From Hanamia sp. (GTDB taxonomy: Bacteria; Bacteroidota; Bacteroidia; Chitinophagales; Chitinophagaceae): a stretch of 43,538 nt of DNA. Of the stretch, positions 9,003-18,470 are shown one piece after another; position 1 is the stretch's first letter; the number at the start of each line of letters is the position of its first letter. The notes under the pieces are model-generated. The model was not told where the DNA came from. It ran no database searches and was given only the letters and a program-made list of their open reading frames with translations. Position numbers and translations under genes: made by a program. The DNA is taken from the NCBI GenBank assembly GCA_036566285.1, contig DATCWN010000146.1, positions 1 to 43,538 on the forward strand, in the 5' to 3' direction.

Positions 9003-11255
9003 TTATAAACTATTATCAATCGCATCCTGTGTTCTATCTATTCCTACGCTAATAAAACATCCCAAATACAAAAATCTTTTGGCCGGAGGTAATACGGCAA
9101 CCTTATTCTTTCCATTGGCCGAAAAATTATAAGAATAAACATTATTAAAACCTATTACATTGGTAACAGATAAAACAAAAACGGTAAATGATTTTGCATT
9201 TGTCTTTCCTATAGAAGGCAAATAATTCACACTCAAACTTAAATCATTATAATCTTTGGTGCGGCCCTGCTCTTTTATTTCATAATTATTTCCATTGTCA
9301 TAAATCAAATTATAATAAGGTCTGCCGGTAGCAAACGTATAGGATGCATTGAACTGGGTTCTTATGGGCAACACAAACTTCTTTACCACCAGCGATGTGG
9401 TATGCTTTGCAGAGAAAGTTGGTTGCAGGGCAAAAGGATAATTTAAAAAATCACGTTTGGTATCTAAATAAGAATAAGAAACCCAGTAATCCACATTTGT
9501 AATTGTTTTTTTATCGCGCCAGAAAAATTCAATTCCTTTGGCATCGCCGAAGCCATTATTATTAATTGCTTTAAAAGCTCCGTTACTGCCATTTGTCTTT
9601 ATAAGGTCATTGTACTTTTTATAAAAGATTTCTGTACGAAAAGTATAGTCCTTTGAGATTTTTTGATATTGTGCAATGTAGTGTGTCGCCTTTTGAAAAT
9701 GAAGCGCATTTACAGAAGGCAAATATTTATTTTCCGGATTCTGGTAAAAAGTTCCATAAGCAATAGATGCCTGGCTATTGTCAGGAAACTTATAGGCCAG
9801 TGAAATCCGCGGTGCAATATTCCACTTATCAAGCATTTGAGAATGTTCGGTCCTGGAACCAATTTTCGCAGCTAGATCATTGGTAAGGTAGATGTCGGTT
9901 TCGGCGAAGCCTGAAACAATATTTTCTCTTAATCTTTGAGGATATTGAGCGCCGTCGTATTGTGTATAGGTTGCTTTCTCATCACTGTAATTATATTCAC
10001 TGCCAAAACGAATAGCGCTCAATCCGTTTAATCTTTTTTCAAAAACTACTTTGGCATTTGCATAATTGCCTGTATTGTTGATGCTGAAATTTTTGTAAGC
10101 ATACAATGGCTCATCTGCAATAATCTGCTTCTGGTTATTGGCGTCCTGTAACTCCATCTTGATGTCATCTTTGTTATTGCTGTAAGAGACGCCCGTATGC
10201 AATTTCCAGCCACGCCCAATGGTTTCTTTCCATGATACGTTATGATACATGTTAAAATTCTTCAACCCAAAAGCATCTTTCATGTTTAATGAATCTACAT
10301 CCTGGCTTCTGAAACCTACGTCAGTATTGCCTATGGTTCCGTAGTATTTTAGCATACCTGTTGGCGAAGTCTTAATCCTGAAATTGGCATCGCCCTGATG
10401 CACCACGGGCACACGGAAATAATCAGCCTTTTGTTTGATAAGATTATATACTAAGGAAAGGTTGGCGTAAGCATAAGTAACGCCCCATGAAGATTTTTTA
10501 TTTTTCGATAACTTCTGAATGCCCACATTTGCGGCAAGATAAGAGATGCCAAAATCCGCGGAAGTTTTTTCAGGAAGGTCTATAGACTCCAGCAGAAGCA
10601 CAGAAGAAAGCGCCTGCCCATACAAAGCCGAATATCCGCCGGAACTGAATATGGTTCCTTTGAATAAAAATGGATTGAACCTTCCACGGGTGGCCTGCCC
10701 CGGTTCGCTGCTGTAAAAAAAATTATTGACCAAAGTTCCATCAATGAAAATTTTAGTCTCCGTAGCAGTGCCGCCTCTTACAAACAATCCTTCGCTTTCG
10801 CCAACCTGTTGTGTACCCGGCAGGGTTTTTATGGCATTCGTAATGTCCCCATTAGCGCTTGCAGTGGTTACTATATCAATCGGGTTTAATGCGGTCGCTT
10901 TTTTCTGATCGCTTGCTTCAAAAGTTCCGGCGCTGATGAGCACCGCTTTCAATTCTGTTATTTCTTCTTTAAGTGAAATGTTTACAACAATGGGGGTACT
11001 GACTATGTTTAATTTTTGTTCAAAAGATTTGTATCCGGATGAACTGGCTTTTAAAACAGACACTCCTTTTTCTGTTGTGGTAAATGAATAATTGCCTGAT
11101 GAATCTGAAGTGGCTCCATCATAAGAGTCCTGGATACTTACGCTCACTCCGGGTAATGGTTTACTTTTATTGTCTGTTACCAGGCCACCAATTCTCACTT
11201 GGGCTATTCCATTTATACTTGTAAATAGAAAGGAAAAAAAAAGTAGCTTATTCAC
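9003..11255 (-). CDS. TonB-dependent outer-membrane receptor
   Basis: GTG start, signal peptide, carboxypeptidase-regulatory-like N domain, plug (TLPG..LFVRGG..FSSGGYSALYG), beta-barrel. Confidence 0.88.
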   Translation of the reverse strand: MNKLLFFSFLFTSINGIAQVRIGGLVTDNKSKPLPGVSVSIQDSYDGATSDSSGNYSFTTTEKGVSVLKASSSGYKSFEQKLNIVSTPIVVNISLKEEITELKAVLISAGTFEASDQKKATALNPIDIVTTASANGDITNAIKTLPGTQQVGESEGLFVRGGTATETKIFIDGTLVNNFFYSSEPGQATRGRFNPFLFKGTIFSSGGYSALYGQALSSVLLLESIDLPEKTSADFGISYLAANVGIQKLSKNKKSSWGVTYAYANLSLVYNLIKQKADYFRVPVVHQGDANFRIKTSPTGMLKYYGTIGNTDVGFRSQDVDSLNMKDAFGLKNFNMYHNVSWKETIGRGWKLHTGVSYSNNKDDIKMELQDANNQKQIIADEPLYAYKNFSINNTGNYANAKVVFEKRLNGLSAIRFGSEYNYSDEKATYTQYDGAQYPQRLRENIVSGFAETDIYLTNDLAAKIGSRTEHSQMLDKWNIAPRISLAYKFPDNSQASIAYGTFYQNPENKYLPSVNALHFQKATHYIAQYQKISKDYTFRTEIFYKKYNDLIKTNGSNGAFKAINNNGFGDAKGIEFFWRDKKTITNVDYWVSYSYLDTKRDFLNYPFALQPTFSAKHTTSLVVKKFVLPIRTQFNASYTFATGRPYYNLIYDNGNNYEIKEQGRTKDYNDLSLSVNYLPSIGKTNAKSFTVFVLSVTNVIGFNNVYSYNFSANGKNKVAVLPPAKRFLYLGCFISVGIDRTQDAIDNSL

Positions 11256-11446
11256 CTTTATAAATTTAGCATAAAATTAAAGTAGTTTATTTTATAAATC
11301 TAATTTTGGTAAAAATATTTTATAATTATTTTACGAACCCATTTTCGCTTGATAACTAGTTGATTATCAATAAAAAATATATTTTTAAGGTAACAGCGTA
11401 CTATATAAAACGGCGAATAAAATTTATTCACATCCCCCAAAAATAA

Positions 11447-11477
11447 TTTGTTTATCTGCCTGCAATTTGTAATTTAG
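11447..11477 (+). promoter_or_regulatory. Bacteroidota sigmaA-type promoter (-33 TTTG / -7 TAATTTAG)
   Basis: tttg at 11447-11450, 19-nt spacer, taatttag at 11470-11477 (one mismatch to TAnnTTTG). Confidence 0.5.
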
Positions 11478-11505
11478 CAATAGAATTTAATGGGTTAGTA
11501 AGTAC

Positions 11506-11540
11506 AAAGAGCTGGTAGCAATACCGGCTCTTTTACTTTT
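11506..11540 (+). terminator. Intrinsic terminator-like hairpin (possible end of a ~55-nt sRNA)
   Basis: aaagagctggta-gcaa-taccggctcttt, a 12-bp stem with GNRA loop followed by a T-rich tail; it lies between divergent genes. Confidence 0.7.
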
Positions 11541-11661
11541 TAGTTTCCTCATCCTATTTCTTTGATGATTCTTTCTTGCTCTTCTTCATTCGTTTTTCTG
11601 TTTCTATTTTGTTTTCGCATCGCAATGATTGTTTAATTTCATTGCTCCTAAACTTTTTTAA

Positions 11662-13035
11662 ATGAGTAAAACGAAGACTGCTTTTTTTTGTAGTAACTGC
11701 GGACAGGAAAGTGCAAAGTGGGTGGGTAAATGTCCTTCATGTAATGAGTGGAATACTTTTATAGAAGAAGTAATTGTACGCGGAACTGAAAAGCCTTCTA
11801 CAGAATGGAAAGAATATTCAGGACTAAGCGGCGGGCTTAAAACCATTTCATTACAAGATGTAACCAGCGGCGAAGAGAAAAGAATCGTCACCGAAGATGC
11901 AGAATTGAATCGTGTGCTTGGCGGAGGAATCGTAGCGGGAAGCATTGTGCTGATCGCCGGCGAACCGGGCATTGGTAAGTCCACACTTTTTTTACAGGCA
12001 TCGCTTCAATTGAAAAACATTGTTACCTTATATATTAGTGGCGAAGAAAGTGAGCAGCAAATTAAAATGCGCGCCGACAGGATTCAGATTGAAAACGATA
12101 AATTTTTTCTTCTTACTGAAACGAATACGCAAAGTATTTTTAAAGAAATAAAAAAACTGAAACCGCAATTGGTCATTGTGGATTCTGTGCAAACACTTCA
12201 ATCGCCTTATGTGGAATCGGCGCCCGGTAGTGTTTCCCAGATAAGAGAAAGCGCCGCGGAGTTTCAGCGCTTTGCCAAAGAAACCAATACGCCGGTTTTT
12301 TTAATAGGCCACATCACTAAAGATGGAAGCATTGCTGGGCCAAAAATTTTGGAGCACATGGTGGATACCGTTTTACAATTTGAGGGCGACCGCAATTATG
12401 CTTACCGCATTTTACGAACCTTAAAAAACCGTTTTGGCTCCACTTCCGAATTGGGTATTTATGAAATGACCGGAGAAGGAATGAGGCAGGTGAGCAATCC
12501 TTCGGAAATATTAATTACACAAAAAGAAGAATTGTTGAGCGGAGTGGCTATCGCCGCGACAATGGAAGGCGTTCGCCCGCTATTAATAGAAGTGCAGGCG
12601 CTGGTAACGCAAAGTGTATATGGCACGCCACAAAGAACCAATACCGGTTTTGATTTAAGAAGACTCCAATTGTTGTTGGCGGTTTTGGAAAAAAGAGGAG
12701 GCTTTCATTTCGGAGTAAAAGATGTTTTTATTAATATAGCCGGTGGAATAAAAGTAGAAGATCCATCTATTGACCTTGCTGTTTTAAGCGCACTGCTTTC
12801 TTCTTATGAGGATGTAGCCATCCCAATGCTTACCTGCTTTGCAGGGGAAGTAGGCTTGAGTGGAGAAATAAGGGCAGTAAATCGCATTGAACAACGGATT
12901 GCCGAAGCGGAGAAACTGGGTTTTGAAAAAATTATTGTAAGCAAATACAATTTGAAAGGGATAGGGAAAAATAAACAAAATATAGAAGTAGTGCCTTTGG
13001 GTAAAGTAGAAGAGTTGTATAGGTATTTGTTTTAA
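11662..13035 (+). CDS. radA: DNA repair protein RadA/Sms
   Basis: C4 zinc finger CSNC..CPSC, Walker A GEPGIGKST, KNRFG motif, Lon-like C-terminus. Confidence 0.97.
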   Translation: MSKTKTAFFCSNCGQESAKWVGKCPSCNEWNTFIEEVIVRGTEKPSTEWKEYSGLSGGLKTISLQDVTSGEEKRIVTEDAELNRVLGGGIVAGSIVLIAGEPGIGKSTLFLQASLQLKNIVTLYISGEESEQQIKMRADRIQIENDKFFLLTETNTQSIFKEIKKLKPQLVIVDSVQTLQSPYVESAPGSVSQIRESAAEFQRFAKETNTPVFLIGHITKDGSIAGPKILEHMVDTVLQFEGDRNYAYRILRTLKNRFGSTSELGIYEMTGEGMRQVSNPSEILITQKEELLSGVAIAATMEGVRPLLIEVQALVTQSVYGTPQRTNTGFDLRRLQLLLAVLEKRGGFHFGVKDVFINIAGGIKVEDPSIDLAVLSALLSSYEDVAIPMLTCFAGEVGLSGEIRAVNRIEQRIAEAEKLGFEKIIVSKYNLKGIGKNKQNIEVVPLGKVEELYRYLF

Positions 13036-13069
13036 TGAAATTTAAATCATCTTTTTAAAAAATGATTTA

Positions 13070-13771
13070 TTGAAAAGTTCCTTCATTACATCATCGCCTC
13101 TTTTTCATTTGTTTTATCCGCATATTTGTATCGGATGTGGAAGTGATATAATTGACCCTGATAATTTTTTATGCCTTGAATGTATCAACGATTTGCCACA
13201 CACCAATTTTGCCATGCACGCCAATAACCCGGTGGAAAAAATATTTTGGGGACGTGTAGCAATTACAGCTGCCATGAGTGAATTTTATTTTTCAAAAGCA
13301 TCCATTATACAGAATCTCATTCATGAATTTAAATACAAAGGCAACAGGGAAGTTGGCCATTATCTTGGAGGCCTTATGGGCAAAAGCCTTTTGAACAGTA
13401 ATCGCTTCAACGATATAAATGCGATTATTCCCCTTCCTCTTTTTGAAAAGAAGGAAAAGAAAAGAGGATACAACCAGGCCGAAATTCTTTGCAACGGTAT
13501 TTCAGAAATTACCAATATTCCTGTCATAAAAAAGAATGTTACCCGGATAGTTCATACAGAAACGCAAACAAAAAAAGGCCGTATCCAAAGATGGGAAAAT
13601 GTTGAAAAAATATTTTCAATTGCACAACCTAAACAGTTGGAAGGCAAACACATTTTATTGGTGGATGATGTAATCACAACAGGAGCCACGCTGGAGTCTT
13701 GCGCTAATGAAGTCCTGAAAATCAGCAATGTTCGTTTGAGCATAGCCACCCTAGCGATGGCGACGCATTAA
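13070..13771 (+). CDS. ComF family phosphoribosyltransferase-like protein
   Basis: N-terminal CxxC..CxxC, RGYNQAE, LLVDDVITTGATL. Confidence 0.9.
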   Translation: MKSSFITSSPLFHLFYPHICIGCGSDIIDPDNFLCLECINDLPHTNFAMHANNPVEKIFWGRVAITAAMSEFYFSKASIIQNLIHEFKYKGNREVGHYLGGLMGKSLLNSNRFNDINAIIPLPLFEKKEKKRGYNQAEILCNGISEITNIPVIKKNVTRIVHTETQTKKGRIQRWENVEKIFSIAQPKQLEGKHILLVDDVITTGATLESCANEVLKISNVRLSIATLAMATH

Positions 13772-13775
13772 GATA

Positions 13776-14675
13776 TTAGGGTTGTATTAACCTATAGGCC
13801 GAAGGCAAAATTTTTATTGAAAATTCTTCAGAAGAAAGTACCGGATCGCCATCAATATGCAACGGCGCCCTATCTAGGTTTTTTATTTTTAATTGACTTG
13901 CCTGAAAGTAAAGTACATTTTGTTTGTGTAAGTCTTTCTCTTTTATACTTTTTATTTCGCCTGAAAATACCTGTTTTACCAACTCAAAAAGAACCCGTGG
14001 TTTACTGGTTTTTTTCATAATTACTATATCAAGCAAACCGTCTCTGAGACTGGCTTTTGGAGCAATTTTAAAATTATTGCCAAACTGGTTACTGTTGGCG
14101 ATGCATACGCAAAAAGCTTCTTCTTTAAAAATACGGCCTTCTATTTCTATTTCAAAAGGCCAGGTTTTTGCAGAGAAAAAATTTTTGAATACTTGTTTGA
14201 TATAAGTGCTAAGCCCGCGTCTTTTTTGAAGAGAAAAATCATACGCCACTTTTGCATCAAAGCCCAATCCGGTAATCTGGCAGCTTAGCCGGTCATTGAC
14301 TAAAAAGGCATCCACACAAGATGCGCTTTTATCAAAAATAATTTTAAATGCTTTATTTAATGACTTCGGAATTCCTGCAGCAGTGGCCAATCCATTTCCT
14401 GAGCCAAGTGGCAGAATGCCAATATTTATTCTTGTGTTTAATAAAGAAGAAACGATGGGGCTTATACTCCCATCACCACCGCAGATAACAACTTCTGTAA
14501 TACTCTCTTTTTCTATTTTCTTTTTTAAAAAAGCATAATTACCATCTTCAGAAGTAAATAAAATTTCAAACGCAATATTTCTTTCCGTGCATTTTGTAAT
14601 GATTTTTTTTTCTAATTGCAATTTGCTTGCAGTGCCTGAAATGGGGTTTATAAAAAATAAAATTTTTCGACTCAT
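13776..14675 (-). CDS. Diacylglycerol/lipid kinase family protein (YegS/BmrU-like)
   Basis: INPISG, GGDGS, PLGSGNGLA, GLGFDA, HIDGD. Confidence 0.92.
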   Translation of the reverse strand: MSRKILFFINPISGTASKLQLEKKIITKCTERNIAFEILFTSEDGNYAFLKKKIEKESITEVVICGGDGSISPIVSSLLNTRINIGILPLGSGNGLATAAGIPKSLNKAFKIIFDKSASCVDAFLVNDRLSCQITGLGFDAKVAYDFSLQKRRGLSTYIKQVFKNFFSAKTWPFEIEIEGRIFKEEAFCVCIANSNQFGNNFKIAPKASLRDGLLDIVIMKKTSKPRVLFELVKQVFSGEIKSIKEKDLHKQNVLYFQASQLKIKNLDRAPLHIDGDPVLSSEEFSIKILPSAYRLIQP

Positions 14676-14732
14676 TAGTTTGAAAATACTTTATCAAAGT
14701 TTTTTATAATTGTCATTCAAAAAAATGTCATT

Positions 14733-15719
14733 TTAATTTAATGATTCCCACAGTATGTCTTTCAATTCTACCAGGCCTTTGTTGGTTAAAGAAGAAATAA
14801 AAACATGCGGTATTTTTTTAGGAAGTTCTTTTTCAACAGCCTCTTTTAATTCATCATCAAGCATGTCGCTTTTACTAATGGCAATTACAAATTTTTTATC
14901 CAATAATTCAGGATTGTATTCCTTTAATTCATTATGCAAAATTTTAAATTCTTTGCCATGATCATTGCTGTCGGCGGGTATCACAAAAAGTAAAACCGGA
15001 TTGCGCTCAATGTGGCGCAAGAACCTATGCCCAAGCCCTTTGCCTTCGGCAGCGCCTTCTATAATGCCCGGTAAATCTGCCATGCAAAAACTCTTTTGGT
15101 CGCGGTATGCCACCATGCCAAGCTGTGGCGTGAGTGTCGTAAATGCATAGTCGGCTATTTTTGGGCGGGCGGCGGTAATTACGGAAAGCAATGTTGATTT
15201 CCCTGCATTCGGGAAACCCACAAGGCCGACATCGGCAAGCACTTTTAATTCCAGGTTTACAAAAGTTTCTTCGCCCGGCTCACCTGGTTGGGAATGTTCG
15301 GGAGCCTGGTTGGTGGGCGTAGCAAAATTGGAATTTCCCAAACCACCACGGCCACCTTTTAATAAAATTTTTTCTTCGCCATCTTCCAAAATTTCTACGG
15401 TAGCACCGGAGGTTTCAATAGTGGCAATGGTTCCCAGCGGTACTTCTATAATCACATCTTTCCCATCGCGGCCGGTACAATTATTCTTGCTGCCATTTTC
15501 TCCGTTCTCTGCAAGAATATGTTTGAAATACCTTAAATGAAGAAGAGTCCATAAATTTTTATTGCCCCGCAAAATAATGTGGGCGCCTCTTCCTCCATTA
15601 CCACCATCAGGCCCTCCCATGGCCGTAAGTTTGTTACGCATAAAATGTCTGCTTCCTGCGCCACCGTGCCCGCTTTTACAAAAAACTTTTATCAGGTCTA
15701 TAAAATTTGTTTTTTCCAT
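14733..15719 (-). CDS. obgE: GTPase ObgE/CgtA
   Basis: [19 protein letters not shown] Obg fold; [18 protein letters not shown]. True start MEKTNFID at 15719; the longer ORF extension overlaps the divergent gene. Confidence 0.96.
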   Translation of the reverse strand: MEKTNFIDLIKVFCKSGHGGAGSRHFMRNKLTAMGGPDGGNGGRGAHIILRGNKNLWTLLHLRYFKHILAENGENGSKNNCTGRDGKDVIIEVPLGTIATIETSGATVEILEDGEEKILLKGGRGGLGNSNFATPTNQAPEHSQPGEPGEETFVNLELKVLADVGLVGFPNAGKSTLLSVITAARPKIADYAFTTLTPQLGMVAYRDQKSFCMADLPGIIEGAAEGKGLGHRFLRHIERNPVLLFVIPADSNDHGKEFKILHNELKEYNPELLDKKFVIAISKSDMLDDELKEAVEKELPKKIPHVFISSLTNKGLVELKDILWESLN

Positions 15720-15783
15720 TGGGGGTAAAGGTCGCGAAGTTTTTTTTAGGAATTGTTTTTGTATCGTTACAGAAAAAAGAAAA

Positions 15784-16170
15784 ATGACCCATCCGGTTTC
15801 TATTATTTTATGCAGCATTATTTTGTTTTCATGTTCGGTAAATAAAAAAGCCACTACAGGAAATGAATTAGCTTCCGGCATAAATGAAATTCCTGCCTGC
15901 CTTGAAACAAAAATTAAAACCATGGCCGCAGACCCAAATGAAGGCTCCCCCATTTCAGTTACGCGTTATCAATACAGAAACCAAACCGTATATTATATGG
16001 TATCGCCATGTTGTGATAAATACAATGTGGTGTATGATAGCGCTTGTAATGTGTTAGGTTATCCTGATGGCGGATACACGGGAAGAGGCGATGCCAAAAT
16101 GCCCAATTTTAAAAAAGAGGCAACGGATGAAAAAATGATTTGGGAAAATGGAAGCCAAAATAAAAATTAG
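15784..16170 (+). CDS. Putative lipoprotein with a Cys-rich domain (DUF6970-like)
   Basis: Lipobox-like ILFSC; [24 protein letters not shown]; ATG at 15784. Confidence 0.7.
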   Translation: MTHPVSIILCSIILFSCSVNKKATTGNELASGINEIPACLETKIKTMAADPNEGSPISVTRYQYRNQTVYYMVSPCCDKYNVVYDSACNVLGYPDGGYTGRGDAKMPNFKKEATDEKMIWENGSQNKN

Positions 16171-16226
16171 TTTTACAATTTGTAGATGTATTTAGTGTTC
16201 AATTTTTTTTCAAAAAGAATTAAGAA

Positions 16227-17150
16227 ATGGCGCAGGAAATAGAAAGAAAATATTTAGTGGATCGCAAAAAATGGCAAGCGCTTACGAAGCCTGCCGGGCA
16301 ACTATATCGTCAGGGTTATCTATTAACAGATCCACAAAAGACCATCCGGGTAAGGCTTACAGAGGCCAGCGGGTTCTTAACGATAAAAGGAGCAACTAAA
16401 GGCGCCACACGACCGGAATATGAATATGAAATACCGGTTAAAGATGCGAAAGAATTATTGGATAATTTCTCCGATGCTGAACTCACAAAAACCCGCTACA
16501 AAGTAACCTATAAAAATAAGTTGTGGGAAGTTGATGAGTTTTTGGATGATAATGAAGGGCTTATTGTCGCAGAGATTGAATTGAAAAGCGAAGGTGAATT
16601 ATTTGATGTTCCTGACTGGATAGGCAAAGAAGTTACGGGTGAAGAAAAATATTATAACGCTAATTTGGTGTTGAATCCATACCAGAATTGGGAACCCGAA
16701 TCTCCGAAAATTTACCATTCTAAAGTTCCATGGGAAATACTAAATGACATTGCCGACAGCATGGAAGCTGGCCTGAAATGTTTTTTACACAAAACCACAT
16801 ACGAAGTGATAACCATTCCTGATGAAGACCGGTTTCCAGGAATTGACTGGGAGGCGGGAGATTGGGAAGAAGCAACTGACAAAGTTTTTGGTAATCCGGA
16901 ATACATTGAAATTGAAAAAATGGACTCTTCTGAAAGTTTCAGCGTAATGGAAGATTTTGTGATTTCGTTGCCCAATAATGCTACCAAAACCCGTTTACTT
17001 ACAGCACTTGAAGGCCACAAACCATTTGGAAATTTTAATCACCAGATTCATAACGCCGGTAAAGAAAGGGAGCAATGGTTTAAGTTTAGAAGAGAAAGAG
17101 GAATTGAATGGGTGAGGGAGCAGGTGGAAATGAGACTTCAGAATAAGTGA
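16227..17150 (+). CDS. CYTH (triphosphate tunnel metalloenzyme) domain fused to a UPF0158-like domain
   Basis: EIERKYL, QGYL, RVR, TIKG, EYEY, K.RY, WEVDEF, AEIEL; C-terminal S.ESF.VMEDFV..L..AL.G.KPF.NF..WFKFR. Confidence 0.8.
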   Translation: MAQEIERKYLVDRKKWQALTKPAGQLYRQGYLLTDPQKTIRVRLTEASGFLTIKGATKGATRPEYEYEIPVKDAKELLDNFSDAELTKTRYKVTYKNKLWEVDEFLDDNEGLIVAEIELKSEGELFDVPDWIGKEVTGEEKYYNANLVLNPYQNWEPESPKIYHSKVPWEILNDIADSMEAGLKCFLHKTTYEVITIPDEDRFPGIDWEAGDWEEATDKVFGNPEYIEIEKMDSSESFSVMEDFVISLPNNATKTRLLTALEGHKPFGNFNHQIHNAGKEREQWFKFRRERGIEWVREQVEMRLQNK

Positions 17151-17151
17151 T

Positions 17152-17748
17152 TCATTTTCCTTTTCTTTCACCCCAGGTTTTATAGCCAATATCATTTGTA
17201 AAATGTTGCTCAGGAATTTCCCGAAGGGCTTCACATTCCTTCCAATCCAACTTCATATCCGCCGCCAGTTGCTGGTAAATTTTTGTTCCTTCTGTTTTCC
17301 ATGCAATCATTTCATCACTTACTTTTTTTATAACTTTTGCTGGGTTTCCAACCAATAAACTTCTTTCAGGAATATTTTGATCGGCGTTTACAAAACTCAA
17401 TGCGCCTACAATGCATTCATCACCCAGGATAACATTGTCCATGACAACAGCATTCATTCCTATTAAACAATTTTTACCAATGGTGGCGCCGTGTACGATG
17501 GCACCGTGGCCTATATTTGCATTCTCTTTTAATAAAACCGTTACACCCGGAAACATGTGAATGGTGCAATTTTCCTGCACATTACAACCATCTTCAATAA
17601 TTATTTTTCCAAAATCACCACGGATAGCGGCGCCCGGACCGATGTAAACATTTTTTCCGATAATTACATTCCCTGTGATTGCGGCCTGCGGATGAACCCA
17701 TGAAGATTCATGTATTACAGGAATAAAAATTTTATACTGATAAATCAT
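17152..17748 (-). CDS. paaY: PaaY-like gamma-carbonic-anhydrase/hexapeptide repeat protein
   Basis: Hexapeptide repeats, RGDFG, NVQENCTIH, WKTEGTKIYQQL; next to the paa cluster. Confidence 0.8.
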   Translation of the reverse strand: MIYQYKIFIPVIHESSWVHPQAAITGNVIIGKNVYIGPGAAIRGDFGKIIIEDGCNVQENCTIHMFPGVTVLLKENANIGHGAIVHGATIGKNCLIGMNAVVMDNVILGDECIVGALSFVNADQNIPERSLLVGNPAKVIKKVSDEMIAWKTEGTKIYQQLAADMKLDWKECEALREIPEQHFTNDIGYKTWGERKGK

Positions 17749-17842
17749 TTTTTTATAAAATTAAAAGAAAACCTGCGGATTGAAATTTCCATTTCTGTAA
17801 CACCTTTTCCCGATTTTGAAAATGCTTTATGGCGCATTCAAA

Positions 17843-17850
17843 TATATTTG
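17843..17850 (+). promoter_or_regulatory. -7 promoter box TATATTTG
   Basis: Exact TAnnTTTG 12 nt upstream of ATG 17863. Confidence 0.6.
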
Positions 17851-17862
17851 CGATATAAAATA

Positions 17863-17988
17863 ATGGCTGTAGAAAAAAATAAAAAATCTTTCGTAACCTG
17901 GATCAAGCGAATTGGCTTCTGGGGATTTCTTTTCTTTTTAATTAAAGGATTGGTATGGCTTGCTGTAGGTTATTTTATTATTAAATGA
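17863..17988 (+). CDS. Small (41 aa) single-pass membrane protein
   Basis: MAVEKNKKSFVTWIKRIGFWGFLFFLIKGLVWLAVGYFIIK; basic N-terminus plus a hydrophobic helix; own -7 box; fills the paaY-paaI gap. Confidence 0.65.
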   Translation: MAVEKNKKSFVTWIKRIGFWGFLFFLIKGLVWLAVGYFIIK

Positions 17989-18028
17989 TGTTTTTATAAC
18001 ACGAACCTTTAGTCACCAATTCCACCAA

Positions 18029-18451
18029 TTATTGAAGAAGTTCTTTCCCGGTTCGGAAACAGGTTCCTTTAAAAAGCGCAACAATGTGTTGATGCTGATT
18101 GGTTACAGTTATTTGATAAAGTCCTGTTGATTTTCCATTGTGTATTTCATTTGCTTCAGCCACCAGCACATCATCCACGTTTACAGGTTTCAAAAAATTA
18201 ATGGAAGTATCCAGCGCCAGCGATAAATTATTGCGGTTGTTGCAGGCAAAAGCAAATGTGCTGTCCGCAAATGAAAATGTAACTCCACCGTGCACAACGC
18301 CTAAACCATTGATCATTTCTTTTCTCACTGTCATTTTGGTTTTGCTGTATCCTTCTTTGATTTCAATAATTTCTATTCCAAGCCATTGGCTGAATAAATC
18401 TTTTTCCATCATGTGAGTTACAACAGCTAAAGCTGGTTTGTTTTTTCCCAT
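18029..18451 (-). CDS. paaI: Phenylacetyl-CoA thioesterase PaaI (hotdog fold)
   Basis: D.FSQWLG, NGLGVVHGG..FSFADSTFAFACN. Confidence 0.9.
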   Translation of the reverse strand: MGKNKPALAVVTHMMEKDLFSQWLGIEIIEIKEGYSKTKMTVRKEMINGLGVVHGGVTFSFADSTFAFACNNRNNLSLALDTSINFLKPVNVDDVLVAEANEIHNGKSTGLYQITVTNQHQHIVALFKGTCFRTGKELLQ

Positions 18452-18470
18452 TTTTTAATTTTTTTAAAAT

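Noticed and set aside
11349-11370. ttgataa-N8-ttatcaa inverted repeat as an operator for the TonB operon
   Set aside because: Short AT-rich arms in AT-rich DNA; single occurrence, not distinguishable from chance without comparative data.
15562-15953. N-terminal extensions making obgE (406 aa) and the lipoprotein (202 aa) overlap
   Set aside because: Conserved starts at 15719 (-) and 15784 (+) give non-overlapping divergent genes; the extensions are open-frame artefacts.
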